A DNA stretch of 32,217 nt from Synergistaceae bacterium (GCA_031273365.1 JAISSA010000252.1:1-32217), one strand, 5' to 3'. Shown: positions 7,860 through 16,258, numbered from the stretch's first letter. The notes: generated by a model not told the origin, from the sequence alone. Program-made: numbers and translations.

Positions 7860-8624
7860 GTGAGGAAGAACGCGAAGGAGGTGTCTTGTAAAGTGGAGTG
7901 CCTTTGTGAAAAAGCGGAACGAACCGCATCGAAGAAAAAACTTGTGGTCCTGACCGGGGCGGGCGTCAGCGCGGAAAGCGGCCTCAGGACGTTCCGGGAC
8001 AGCGACGGTCTGTGGGAAGAGCACGACGTGATGGAGGTCGCGAGCATCGAGGGGTGGCGCAGAAATCCGGATTTGGTGATCGAGTTCTACAACCAGCGCA
8101 GACGACAGCTCGCGACGGTGAGCCCCAACCGGGCGCATGTCGTCCTGGCGGAACTGGAAAAGGATTTTGACGTATGGATCGTCACGCAGAACGTGGATGA
8201 CCTTCACGAACGGGCGGGCAGCACGAATATTCTGCATTTGCACGGACAGCTCACAAAGATTCGCGGCGTGGACGGCTCGAACGTCACGGACATCGGCTAC
8301 GGGGATCTGAAGCCGGGGCAGACGGACGAAAACGGGGTGACGCTTCGTCCCCATATCGTGTGGTTCGGCGAGGACGTCCCCCTGATCGAGACGGCGGATC
8401 GCCTGGTCCGGGAGGCCGACATTTTTGCCGTCGTCGGATCATCCCTGGTCGTCTATCCGGCGGCGGGCCTCGTGGGGTCCCTTCGCCCGGGGGTTCCCGC
8501 CTTTCTGATCGATCCCGGAGAGGTTGGAATACGCCTTCCCTCCAACTTCACCGTGATCAGAGAAAAGGCGGGCAGCGGCGTGGAAAAAATGCGCGAGTAC
8601 CTGTCGGCTTATGTGGTAAGATGA
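7860..8624 (+). CDS. cobB: Sir2-family NAD-dependent protein deacylase
   Basis: Contains LTGAGVSAESGLRTFRDSDGLW, VTQNVDDLHERAG, LHLHG and LRPHIVWFGE. The start is uncertain: GTG at 7860 or GTG at 7893, with the SD sequence AAGGAGG at 7875-7881. Confidence 0.85.
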   Translation: MRKNAKEVSCKVECLCEKAERTASKKKLVVLTGAGVSAESGLRTFRDSDGLWEEHDVMEVASIEGWRRNPDLVIEFYNQRRRQLATVSPNRAHVVLAELEKDFDVWIVTQNVDDLHERAGSTNILHLHGQLTKIRGVDGSNVTDIGYGDLKPGQTDENGVTLRPHIVWFGEDVPLIETADRLVREADIFAVVGSSLVVYPAAGLVGSLRPGVPAFLIDPGEVGIRLPSNFTVIREKAGSGVEKMREYLSAYVVR

Positions 8625-8689
8625 TAAAATGTGGATAATGGAAATACGGCAGATGTAGAAAACCGGAGTCTGAACGGTAATAAAAGCAT

Positions 8690-9256
8690 TTGGAACGGGG
8701 GCTTTTTATTTTGGCGACGGAAGTGGTAAAGCCGTGGTGGAGAGAGACGCTGGAGACCATCGCCTGGGCTCTCGTGCTGGCTTGGATTATACGAACCTTT
8801 ATTGTACAGGCTTTCTGGATTCCGAGCGGATCCATGCTCCCCACTCTCGAGGTTGGAGACAGGGTGCTGGTCGCCAAGTTCTGGAACTGGTTTACCACTC
8901 CCTCGCGCGGCAGCGTTTACGTCTTCAAATACCCGGAAGATCGCTCGCGGGATTTTATCAAGCGGATCATAGCTATTCCCGGCGATACGGTGGACATCAG
9001 GGATGGAGTCGTGTACATCAACGGCGTTCCCGTCGATGAACCTTACGTGAAGAACAGGGATCGCTACACGATGCGTCCAAACAAATTTTATCCCTCCGTG
9101 CCTTTTTTCGTGCCTCAGGACATGTACTTCGCCCTGGGGGATAATCGTCCCAACTCTCAGGACGGCCGTTTCTGGGGTTACGTTCCCGCGAAGGACATCC
9201 ACGGTCCCGCCTTCTTCCGTTACTGGCCCCTGACGCGTATCGGCATTCCCCGTTAA
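8690..9256 (+). CDS. lepB: Signal peptidase I
   Basis: Contains [10 protein letters not shown] (catalytic Ser box), [12 protein letters not shown] (Lys box) and [17 protein letters not shown] start at 8690; an alternative TTG lies at 8711. Confidence 0.9.
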   Translation: MERGLFILATEVVKPWWRETLETIAWALVLAWIIRTFIVQAFWIPSGSMLPTLEVGDRVLVAKFWNWFTTPSRGSVYVFKYPEDRSRDFIKRIIAIPGDTVDIRDGVVYINGVPVDEPYVKNRDRYTMRPNKFYPSVPFFVPQDMYFALGDNRPNSQDGRFWGYVPAKDIHGPAFFRYWPLTRIGIPR

Positions 9257-9258
9257 CC

Positions 9259-10098
9259 TTGGGCAGAACCGTCTGGTATCCCGGCCATATGGCCCGGGGA
9301 GAGCGCAGGCTCGGCGAACTGGCCGAAAAGCTGGACCTGATTATAGAGGTACGCGACGCCCGTGCGCCCTTTTCCACCTCTTCTCCTCTGACGGCCGAGC
9401 TTTCCCGCCTGAAGCCCGTCCTGCTGGTCCTCGCGAAAAAAGACCTCGCCTCACCCGGGCGCACCGGCGTCTGGCTCGAGGAGTTCGCCCGCGAGAAGAG
9501 GGACGTATGGGCTTTCGACCTGCGAAAGGACGACCCTGAGGCGCTTCGCAGGGTCCTGTCCCGCCGGAAACCCGGGCATCGGGAGCTTCGTCTCGCGGTG
9601 GTCGGCATTCCCAATGTGGGAAAATCCATGTTTCTGAACAGGCTCGTTGGAAAATCGCGCGCGCGGGTGGGCGGGATTCCCGGCATTACGCGCGACGTGA
9701 GCTGGTACAGGGGCGGGGATTTTCTGGTCGTGGATTCCCCCGGCATCCTGGATCCGCATTCAGAGCCGGGCGTGCACCGCGTCCTTTCGTGGCTGGGCTG
9801 CGCCAGGGCCGAGGTCCTCGGAGGATACGAGCCCGCGGCCCTCGAGCTGATTCAATTTTTGAGGGACCGGGACCTGTGGAGCATCGTCGCGAAGACATGG
9901 GACATGGACTCGCCTGACGAGACCGCCGACCTGACGCTCGAGCGGATTGGCCGCCGTCTCGGTTGCCTTGTCGCGGGCGGAAGGGTGAACATGGAGCTGG
10001 CCGCGCGCCGTCTGGTGGATTCCTTTTCCGCCGGCCGGCTGGGCGCCATGACGCTGGAACTCCCCGGAGAGGCGCTGTGGACTCCACGGCAGCACTGA
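9259..10098 (+). CDS. rbgA: Ribosome biogenesis GTPase A (YlqF/RbgA)
   Basis: Contains WYPGHMARG, the circularly permuted GTPase motifs (LAKKD ... GIPNVGKS ... PGITRD ... DSPGIL), and a C-terminal RRLGC..GG block. The TTG start is 2 nt after the lepB stop. Confidence 0.9.
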   Translation: MGRTVWYPGHMARGERRLGELAEKLDLIIEVRDARAPFSTSSPLTAELSRLKPVLLVLAKKDLASPGRTGVWLEEFAREKRDVWAFDLRKDDPEALRRVLSRRKPGHRELRLAVVGIPNVGKSMFLNRLVGKSRARVGGIPGITRDVSWYRGGDFLVVDSPGILDPHSEPGVHRVLSWLGCARAEVLGGYEPAALELIQFLRDRDLWSIVAKTWDMDSPDETADLTLERIGRRLGCLVAGGRVNMELAARRLVDSFSAGRLGAMTLELPGEALWTPRQH

Positions 10099-10691
10099 AT
10101 TTTCTCGGGAACTTCGAGGGCGTCGTCGCCGGCACGGACGAGGCGGGACGCGGCCCTCTGGCCGGCCCTGTGATGGCCGCCGCCGTCGTCCTGAGCCGCG
10201 GGCAGGAACGGGCGCTGCTCAGGCTGGGGCTGAGGGACTCCAAGCAAATGACCGCCAAAAAACGGGAGACCGTTTTCCAGGCGATGAGCGAGCTTGGCGT
10301 CGTCTGGAGGGCGCAGGCCGGAAGCGTGGAGGAAATCGCGAAACTCAACATCTCCGCGGCCTCTCTTCGCGCCATGGGGCGCAGCGTTCGCAGGCTGCCT
10401 CTGCCCGTCGACCTCGTGGTGGTCGACGGCCTTTTCAAAATTCCCGGTCTCCCGATCGAACAGCTTCCCCTTGTCGCGGCGGACGCTCTGGTTCCGGCGG
10501 CGTCGGCCGCCTCCGTCGTCGCCAAAGTTCTGCGGGACCGTGTTATGATGACGCTGGATCGGCTTTATCCCGAGTACGGGTTCGCCAGGCATAAGGGGTA
10601 CCCCACGAAGGAACACCGTGAAGCGGTGCGGTTTTTCGGTCTTTCTCCCATACATCGCGTCGCGTTTTGCAGAAAACTGACGACGCCGTAA
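10077..10691 (+). CDS. rnhB: Ribonuclease HII
   Basis: Contains [35 protein letters not shown] and KGYPTKEH. The likely GTG start at 10077 follows the SD sequence GGAGAGG and overlaps the rbgA 3' end. The track ORF begins earlier, at 9963. Confidence 0.9.
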   Translation: MDSTAALNFLGNFEGVVAGTDEAGRGPLAGPVMAAAVVLSRGQERALLRLGLRDSKQMTAKKRETVFQAMSELGVVWRAQAGSVEEIAKLNISAASLRAMGRSVRRLPLPVDLVVVDGLFKIPGLPIEQLPLVAADALVPAASAASVVAKVLRDRVMMTLDRLYPEYGFARHKGYPTKEHREAVRFFGLSPIHRVAFCRKLTTP

Positions 10692-10712
10692 ATTTTCGAA
10701 AGGTCACGGACG

Positions 10713-11825
10713 ATGACGCAGATATCGAACCTAAACGTACAGATCGATCAAAATCAGGTGAACCGAAACCTGGTAAGCCCCAACGCGCCGCAGACGACGC
10801 CCGGAGCCCGCGCCGAAGGGACGGGACTGCCGGGGATACGCTCCGGAACGCTGGTGGAGGGGCAGGTGCTGTCTCAAAATGGCGACGGAAGCTACACGGT
10901 CAGGATCGGAGCGCAGGGCGGGGCGCAGGTGCATACCCTGACGGCGCGCGCTACGCTGGATCTGATTGTAGGCGAACATTTTCGCGCCGTATGGGACGCC
11001 TCGGACGCGGGCGGCGTTCCCGTCCTGCGCCTTTCTCAGGGGGAGCTTTCCTTCCTGTCCAAACTGCCACCGGCCGATCGGGAGCTGGCCACGGCCCTGC
11101 TGTCGCGCGGGATGCCTCTGTCCGATGAGGTGCTTCTCTCGGTTCGTGAGGCATGGCGTCGGATGGGCAGCGGGACGGAGCAGCTGGCTCCGCTCCTGGA
11201 GCTCTGGGCGCGCGGCCAGCCGATGACCCCGGACAACGCTCAGGTTCTGGCCTGGTACATGGCCCTTTCCGGCGAAGAGGCGAACGTCATGTGGACACGC
11301 ATCCGCAAAGAGCTGAAGGAGCGCCTGCGCGAAGGGAAAGAAAACCCCGTCGACGTTCTGCGCGCTCTCAGGGAAGACGACGGGCAGGGCGATGCGGAGA
11401 TTGCAAAATTTCTGCGGGGACACTCTCTCCTGCTGCGGGCGCCCCGCGGGGAGGTCAATCCCGCGCTTCTCTCCGCTCCGCTGTGGCCCGTTCCCGAGGG
11501 AATGCCGGATATCGTCGCGCGCGTGTTCGTGGGGCGCGTCCACGAGGAGGGCGACAGGGCGTACTGGCAGATAGGCTTTGCCGTGGAGGGATCCCGGCTG
11601 GGGACGATCGGCGGCGACGTCGAAAGCGACGGACGTTCCTGCAACCTGAATCTTTACGCGGAGCAGCACGCGACGTGCGAGCTGCTGAAGCACAAACGCC
11701 ATGCCATTCGCCAGGAGCTGGAGACGATCTCCCTGGCATTGCAGTTCATAAGCGTCTCCCGGTACCTTCCCGGCGGGCTGCGTCGTCAGATTTCGGCCGG
11801 CAGAGGGCTGGACGTCACGGTATAA
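10713..11825 (+). CDS. Hypothetical protein with FliK-type (Flg_hook-like) C-terminal domain
   Basis: 370 aa. The C-terminal WQIGFAVEGSRLGTIGGDVESDGRSCNLNLYAEQHATCELLKHKRHAIRQELETISLALQFISVS follows the hook-length-control C-domain pattern (L.P..LG.v.v.......v.f.a....t...L......L...L). The N-terminal part has no family I recognise. Confidence 0.5.
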   Translation: MTQISNLNVQIDQNQVNRNLVSPNAPQTTPGARAEGTGLPGIRSGTLVEGQVLSQNGDGSYTVRIGAQGGAQVHTLTARATLDLIVGEHFRAVWDASDAGGVPVLRLSQGELSFLSKLPPADRELATALLSRGMPLSDEVLLSVREAWRRMGSGTEQLAPLLELWARGQPMTPDNAQVLAWYMALSGEEANVMWTRIRKELKERLREGKENPVDVLRALREDDGQGDAEIAKFLRGHSLLLRAPRGEVNPALLSAPLWPVPEGMPDIVARVFVGRVHEEGDRAYWQIGFAVEGSRLGTIGGDVESDGRSCNLNLYAEQHATCELLKHKRHAIRQELETISLALQFISVSRYLPGGLRRQISAGRGLDVTV

Positions 11826-11926
11826 AATATAACATGACTGTACAGTCGCTTCAGGTAAAGGTCGGGAGGCAACTTAACAGTCATAAAATATAAACTGTGG
11901 AATATGAAAGACGAAGGCATGAGTGA

Positions 11927-12214
11927 ATGAAAAAACAGGATTCTTCGAAACGAAACCTCCGGAAGGCCGCGGCCATCAGCTACGATCGAAAGCGCAACGA
12001 CGCTCCCGTCGTCACCGCCAGGGGCGAGGGTTTTGTCGCGCGCCGCATCGTGGAGATCGCGCAGGCGGCCAACGTCCCGATCGTCGAGGACGCGGCGCTG
12101 GTTTCGGCCCTTCTTTCACTGGAGCTGGGGCAGGAAATTCCCGTCGAACTTTACGAAACCGTGGCGCGCATTCTCTCCTGGATCTACAGGCTGGAGAAGG
12201 GTACGGAGGCATGA
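11927..12214 (+). CDS. ylqH: Stand-alone FlhB C-terminal-fragment homologue (EscU/YscU/FlhB family, YlqH-like)
   Basis: 95 aa. KAAAISYDRKRNDAPVVTARGEGFVARRIVEIAQAANVPIVEDAALVSALLSLELGQEIPVELYETVARILSWIY aligns with FlhB residues immediately after the NPTH autocleavage site. Its stop overlaps the yraN start (ATGA). Confidence 0.8.
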   Translation: MKKQDSSKRNLRKAAAISYDRKRNDAPVVTARGEGFVARRIVEIAQAANVPIVEDAALVSALLSLELGQEIPVELYETVARILSWIYRLEKGTEA

Positions 12215-12612
12215 CGCGCCACCTCGAACTGGGCAGACGCGCCGAGGAGTTCGCGGCCGCATGGGTCAAAAAGCTGGGCTGGCAAATTCTGTCGCGTAAC
12301 TTTACCTGTCGGCTGGGGGAGCTGGACATCGTCGCACTGGAAAGAAAAACCCCGGAGAAAAGGGAAAACGAGCTGGTCGTCGTCGAGGTTCGCTATCGGA
12401 CCACAGGCGAGATACAGTCTCCGTCCGACTCCATCGGCCCGAAGAAGCTGCGCACACTCGTCAACGCCGGCCGTGTTTACGTGGAAAACATCGGATGGAC
12501 GGGGCCGTGGCGCATCGACCTGATCGGGGTCACCGCCTCCCCGCACGATCCGGAGGACCGCTGGCGTCTGGAACACATCACGGACATCACGGGGGGAAAT
12601 TTTCCGGTGTGA
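12211..12612 (+). CDS. yraN: YraN-family (UPF0102) predicted endonuclease
   Basis: Contains GRRAEEFAAAWVKKLGWQILSRNF..LGELDIVA...VVVEVRYR and a restriction-endonuclease-like core. ATG at 12211 within the longer track ORF. Confidence 0.85.
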   Translation: MTRHLELGRRAEEFAAAWVKKLGWQILSRNFTCRLGELDIVALERKTPEKRENELVVVEVRYRTTGEIQSPSDSIGPKKLRTLVNAGRVYVENIGWTGPWRIDLIGVTASPHDPEDRWRLEHITDITGGNFPV

Positions 12613-12777
12613 ACGAAAACGCGGAGTGTGCGGCGCTCAATACAATAATCGGTGCTTATATTGGTGCTTATAATTGATAAACCTCGGCGTCAGAGTTTTT
12701 CCGATTCCGAGCGACTTTGTGCTTCAACCTCCGCCACCCCGACATCCTGTATGATTCTCTCCCATATTATCAATTAT

Positions 12778-12899
12778 TATCAATGTCAACAACTTAAGGA
12801 AGAAAATTAATGGGGTCAGGGGACCGGGAAAAAATCCCCTGCGGGGTTTTTGTCGAGGGGCGGAGCCCCGCAGTTTCGCTTAAGTTGTTGACATTGATA
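12778..12899. mobile_element. MITE-like element (family A copy 1): perfect 21-bp terminal inverted repeats around a two-hairpin GC-rich core
   Basis: 12778-12798 TATCAATGTCAACAACTTAAG is the exact reverse complement of 12879-12899. TTAT lies on both outer flanks (12774-12777 and 12900-12903). Core: GGGGTCAGGGGAC..TCCCCTGCGGGG..GGGGCGGAGCCCCGCAG followed by TTT. Confidence 0.55.
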
Positions 12900-13169
12900 T
12901 TATAACGGACGTCCTCTCCAAACCGGATAAATGAGGCCCGGCCCGGGCGATTGGTCTGGCGTGATTTACTGTGTCTGAAAACAGTATTTTACGGTGGTTG
13001 CAGATATTGTTCGGTCCGATGATAATCTAAAGCGAAGAACCTGACCGCCGGTAACGTATCCAGGTTTTTAAAACTGAAGAGAAATTTTTGCAGCACGGCG
13101 CGAAGAGAACAGGAGAGACGGAGTCATGACGCGTTTTTCGGGCGCACCGGGAGTTGCGGAGCTGGATGC

Positions 13170-14669
13170 ATGAATGAGATCGGAGCGCTGACGCTTCGGG
13201 GGATGGAGGCCATCCCTGTGGAGGTGGAGGTTGAAATCACGGGCGGGCTTTTTTCCATCTCGATCGTCGGCCTTCCCGACATCGCGGTGAAGGAGTCGAA
13301 GGAGCGCGTCCGGGCCGCCCTGCGGTCGGTGGGGCTGCCGTTGAAGGGGCGGATCGCGGTCAACCTGGCTCCGGCGGACCTGCCCAAGGAAGGGGCGCTG
13401 CTGGACCTTCCCATCGCGCTCGCCATGATGTGCGGCGCGGGGCTTCTGAAGCCGCGGGAGCCCGCTCTGTACATGGGGGAGCTGGCGCTCGACGGTCGGC
13501 TGCGTCGCGTTCGGGGCGCGGTCCCCGCCGCGTTTCTGGCGCGTGCGAAAAACATTCCCCTTTACGTGCCAGGCGAAAACGCGGATGAGGTCGGGCTTGT
13601 GAAGGGAGTCAGGGCCTATGCCGCAAACGACCTGACGGAGCTGGTTTCCGTGCTGAAGGGAGAACAGGAGCCCGTTCCGATCGTCGCGTCGGGCGTGTCC
13701 GAAAAGCCCCCCGCGGCCGAGCCGAACTTCAGCGACGTAAGAGGCCAGGCCGCCGCGCGGCGTGCTGCGGAAATCGCCGCGGCCGGGCACCACAACATCC
13801 TGCTCGTGGGGTCTCCGGGCAGCGGCAAGACCCTGATCGCCCGCGCCCTCAACGGCATCCTGCCGCCCCTCTCGGACGAGGAACTGGTGGAAACGCTGCT
13901 GGTCCGCAGCACGCTGGGGCTTCCGGTCGAGCCGGGCCGGAGGCGTCCGTTTCGAACGGTGCACTTCACCGCCAGCACCGTATCCATCTGCGGCGGCGGA
14001 AGCTCCCTTCGGCCGGGAGAGGTGTCCCTGGCCCACCGAGGCGTTCTCTTCTTAGACGAATTCACCGAGTTTCGGCGCGACCTGACGGAAAGCCTGAGAG
14101 CGCCCCTGGAGGACGGGCAGGTGGTCGTCAGCCGCGCGGCGGGTACGGTGATCTATCCCTCGCGCGTGTTGCTCGTCCTTGCGGCGAACCCCTGCGCCTG
14201 CGGCAACCTGGGCGACCCGGTCGAAAGATGCGTCTGCTCGGCCCTGGAGCTGGAGCGTTATAAGCGCAAGCTGTCCGGACCCATTCTGGACCGCATCGAC
14301 CTGCAGATCGCCGTTCCCCGCCTTTTACCCGAGGAACTGCTGTCGTTTTCCGATTCGGCGGAGTCCAGCGAGTCCATTTTCGAACGTGTCCGCCAGGCCC
14401 GGCTCATACAGCAGAAACGCTGGGCTCCTCATGGATTCTCCTGCAACGCGGAACTGCCCGAAAAAATCGTGCGGCGTTTTTTGAATCCGTCGTCGGAAAC
14501 GCGAGAGTACCTTACCGGCATGGCGGGCAAACTGCGCATGTCGGGGCGGGGGATCAGCCGCGTGCTGAAGGTTGCCCGCACCATCGCGGACCTCGCCGGC
14601 GAGGCGCACATTCAGACGCCCCATCTCGCCGAATCGCTGATGTACCGAAGGGGTGTGGCGGGCAAATGA
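13170..14669 (+). CDS. comM: YifB/ComM-family Mg-chelatase-like AAA+ ATPase
   Basis: Contains IPVEVEVEI, GLPDIAVKESKERV, the Walker A motif LLVGSPGSGKT, the Walker B motif GVLFLDEF, ANPCACG and the C-terminal ARTIADLAG block. Confidence 0.9.
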   Translation: MNEIGALTLRGMEAIPVEVEVEITGGLFSISIVGLPDIAVKESKERVRAALRSVGLPLKGRIAVNLAPADLPKEGALLDLPIALAMMCGAGLLKPREPALYMGELALDGRLRRVRGAVPAAFLARAKNIPLYVPGENADEVGLVKGVRAYAANDLTELVSVLKGEQEPVPIVASGVSEKPPAAEPNFSDVRGQAAARRAAEIAAAGHHNILLVGSPGSGKTLIARALNGILPPLSDEELVETLLVRSTLGLPVEPGRRRPFRTVHFTASTVSICGGGSSLRPGEVSLAHRGVLFLDEFTEFRRDLTESLRAPLEDGQVVVSRAAGTVIYPSRVLLVLAANPCACGNLGDPVERCVCSALELERYKRKLSGPILDRIDLQIAVPRLLPEELLSFSDSAESSESIFERVRQARLIQQKRWAPHGFSCNAELPEKIVRRFLNPSSETREYLTGMAGKLRMSGRGISRVLKVARTIADLAGEAHIQTPHLAESLMYRRGVAGK

Positions 14670-14729
14670 TCTTCCACATAGAATATGTCCCACAGATCGG
14701 AGGGCAGCATTCAATGTTGAACAAAGGAA

Positions 14730-14940
14730 TTTTATGGGAGCCGGCGGGGACGCGTAAGCGCCGGGCGAGCCCTGCCCCCCTGAGCTTTTATGGCTTTTAT
14801 GTTAAAGGGGTTCCAAGGGGGCCGGCGGGGACGCGTAAGCACCGAGCGGGCTCCGCCCCCTTGGGCTTTTATGTTAAAGGGGTTCCAGGGGGGCCAGTGA
14901 GGATGCGTAAGCACCGAGCGGGCTCCGCCCCCCTGGGCTT
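14730..14940. repeat. Tandem array (about 3 units, 72-nt period) of GC-rich hairpin repeat, family B
   Basis: The unit CTTTTATGTTAAAGGGGTTCCAGGGGGGCC..GCGTAAGCACCGAGCGGGCTCCGCCCCCCTGGGC starts at 14794 and again at 14866. A diverged unit spans about 14730-14793. Each unit contains a 10-bp stem, for example CCAGGGGGGC at 14885-14894 pairing with GCCCCCCTGG at 14927-14936. Confidence 0.8.
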
Positions 14941-14946
14941 TAAATC

Positions 14947-16038
14947 ATGAACGATTCGTTGAAGGCGCAGTTGCTGCTGAACGCCTGCAAAGCGCCCGTG
15001 TCCGCGTGGGAGGCGCTTTCGTGCTCAGGGGCTCCCGCCTCGCTCTGGACGGAGGGAGAGCCGCTTTGGACGGCTCTCGGCATCCGCGAGTCATCCCGCG
15101 CGCGTCTTGCGGAGCTCGTCGCGGAACGTGACTGGGCTGAGCGGGAATTGGACAGGGCGGACCGCTTCGGCGCGCGCTTCATCTCCATCGACGACGTGGA
15201 GTATCCCGTTCGGCTGAAGGACCTCGCGTCTCCGCCGATGGGGCTTTACGTCAGAGGGGATCTGAACCTCCAAAAGTCCATGGTCGCCCTCGTCGGCACG
15301 CGCCGCTGCAGTCCCTACGGACGAACGGTCGCCGAGACGATCGGGCGCGTGGTGGCGAAGACGGGCCGTCAGGTGGTCAGCGGCGGGGCAAAGGGCATAG
15401 ACGGCGCGGGCCATCGCGGCTGTCTGGAGGAGGGAGGCACGACGGTCGCCGTTTTGGGCACCGGGGTCGACAGGGTCTACCCCGCCGAGCACCAGCCGCT
15501 GTTTCACAGGATCGTCGAACAGGGCGCGCTGGTCTCGGAATACCCGATGGGAACAGGCGGCGATCCGTGGCGTTTTCCCGAGCGCAACCGCCTTATTGTG
15601 GGGTTGTGCCATCGCCTTGTCGTGGTGGAATCGCCGCAGGACGGCGGGTCCATGATTACCGCTCGACTGGCGCTCGACGTGGGGCGCGAAATCTGGTGCG
15701 TCCCGGGACGCATTACGGAAGCGATCTCGAAGGGGACGAACTCCCTGATACGCGACGGGGCCAATCCTCTGGTCGACATCGACGATTTCATCGGAAAGAT
15801 TTCGGGCGGGTATGGCCAGATGCTTTTCGATTTTACGGACGCCCCCTCGCCGGAGCTCACGGAAAACGAGAAGAACGTGCTGGGGCTTTTGCGGCGCAGA
15901 GGAGGACGCACTCTGGACGACCTCATGGAAGAAAGCGGTCTTGGCCTTACCGATGTTCAATCCTGTCTGGCGACGCTCTGCGCTTCCGGCCTCGCCTGCG
16001 CCTCGGGGCCGGGACGGTTCGACGCGCCGGAACGGTAA
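14947..16038 (+). CDS. dprA: DNA-processing protein DprA (Smf)
   Basis: Contains GLYVRGD, VALVGTRRCSPYG, VVSGGAKGIDGAGH, AVLGTGVDRVYP, FPERNRLI and SGSMITA-type blocks. There is no obvious SD sequence; the ATG follows the repeat array by 8 nt. Confidence 0.9.
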   Translation: MNDSLKAQLLLNACKAPVSAWEALSCSGAPASLWTEGEPLWTALGIRESSRARLAELVAERDWAERELDRADRFGARFISIDDVEYPVRLKDLASPPMGLYVRGDLNLQKSMVALVGTRRCSPYGRTVAETIGRVVAKTGRQVVSGGAKGIDGAGHRGCLEEGGTTVAVLGTGVDRVYPAEHQPLFHRIVEQGALVSEYPMGTGGDPWRFPERNRLIVGLCHRLVVVESPQDGGSMITARLALDVGREIWCVPGRITEAISKGTNSLIRDGANPLVDIDDFIGKISGGYGQMLFDFTDAPSPELTENEKNVLGLLRRRGGRTLDDLMEESGLGLTDVQSCLATLCASGLACASGPGRFDAPER

Positions 16039-16039
16039 G

Positions 16040-16141
16040 CAATGTCAACAGGAACCGAGAAAAATTAACGGGGTCAGGGGACTCGTCCCCTGCGGGGTGT
16101 GGGGCAGAGCCCCGCGGTTTTGGCTTAACCTGTCGACATTG
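16040..16141. mobile_element. MITE-like element (family A copy 2)
   Basis: Starts 2 nt after the dprA stop. Arms CAATGTCAACAGG (16040-16052) / CCTGTCGACATTG (16129-16141): 13 bp with 1 mismatch. Same core as copy 1. The hairpin GCGGGG..CCCCGC (16092-16115) is followed by GGTTTT. Confidence 0.5.
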
Positions 16142-16157
16142 GATGCCCTCCCTGCAA

Positions 16158-16186
16158 TTGCCCTTCCCTGCTGCCTGTGGTATAAC
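16158..16186 (+). promoter_or_regulatory. Candidate sigma-70-type promoter for the orf-topA-trmFO operon
   Basis: TTGCCC (16158-16163), a 17-nt spacer ending in TGG, then TATAAC (16181-16186), which gives an extended -10 configuration. Confidence 0.35.
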
Positions 16187-16258
16187 ATAGCCTGACGTAA
16201 ATCCGTGCCGTGGAGACCTGCGGTTTAAAGGAATATCCTCCGTGAAAGGAAGAATATT

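Noticed and set aside
12900-13125. Possible ncRNA in the long yraN-comM spacer, suggested by the small hairpins TACTGT..ACAGTA+TTTT at 12967-12990 and AACCTG..CAGGTT+TTT near 13050-13080.
   Set aside because: The stems are short and AT-rich. I recognised no match to conserved RNA families (SRP, 6S, tmRNA, RNase P, common riboswitches). Without comparative data this is not supportable.
13126-13173. 15-codon upstream ORF (MTRFSGAPGVAELDA) with a strong SD sequence, ending in an ATGA overlap with the comM start.
   Set aside because: comM has its own GGAG 8 nt upstream of the ATG at 13170, and its N-terminus aligns normally with ComM/YifB proteins. The uORF is too short to evaluate and may be fortuitous.
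14794-14938. 72-nt repeat units as tRNA-like genes, suggested by the tRNA-sized unit and the GGTTCCA motif.
   Set aside because: The 5' and 3' ends cannot form an acceptor stem, no D, anticodon or T arm geometry fits, and the single long GC stem is incompatible with a cloverleaf.
14730-14940. Possible CRISPR array, because of regularly spaced repeats.
   Set aside because: The units abut directly with a 72-nt period and the inter-stem segments are themselves conserved, so there are no unique spacers. No cas genes are in the window.
14666-14950. 94-aa ORF spanning the comM-dprA spacer.
   Set aside because: It is the family B tandem repeat read in one frame, as shown by the repeated GTRK(R/H)RA(S/G)..APL(S/G)FY segments. 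It has no SD sequence and no family resemblance.
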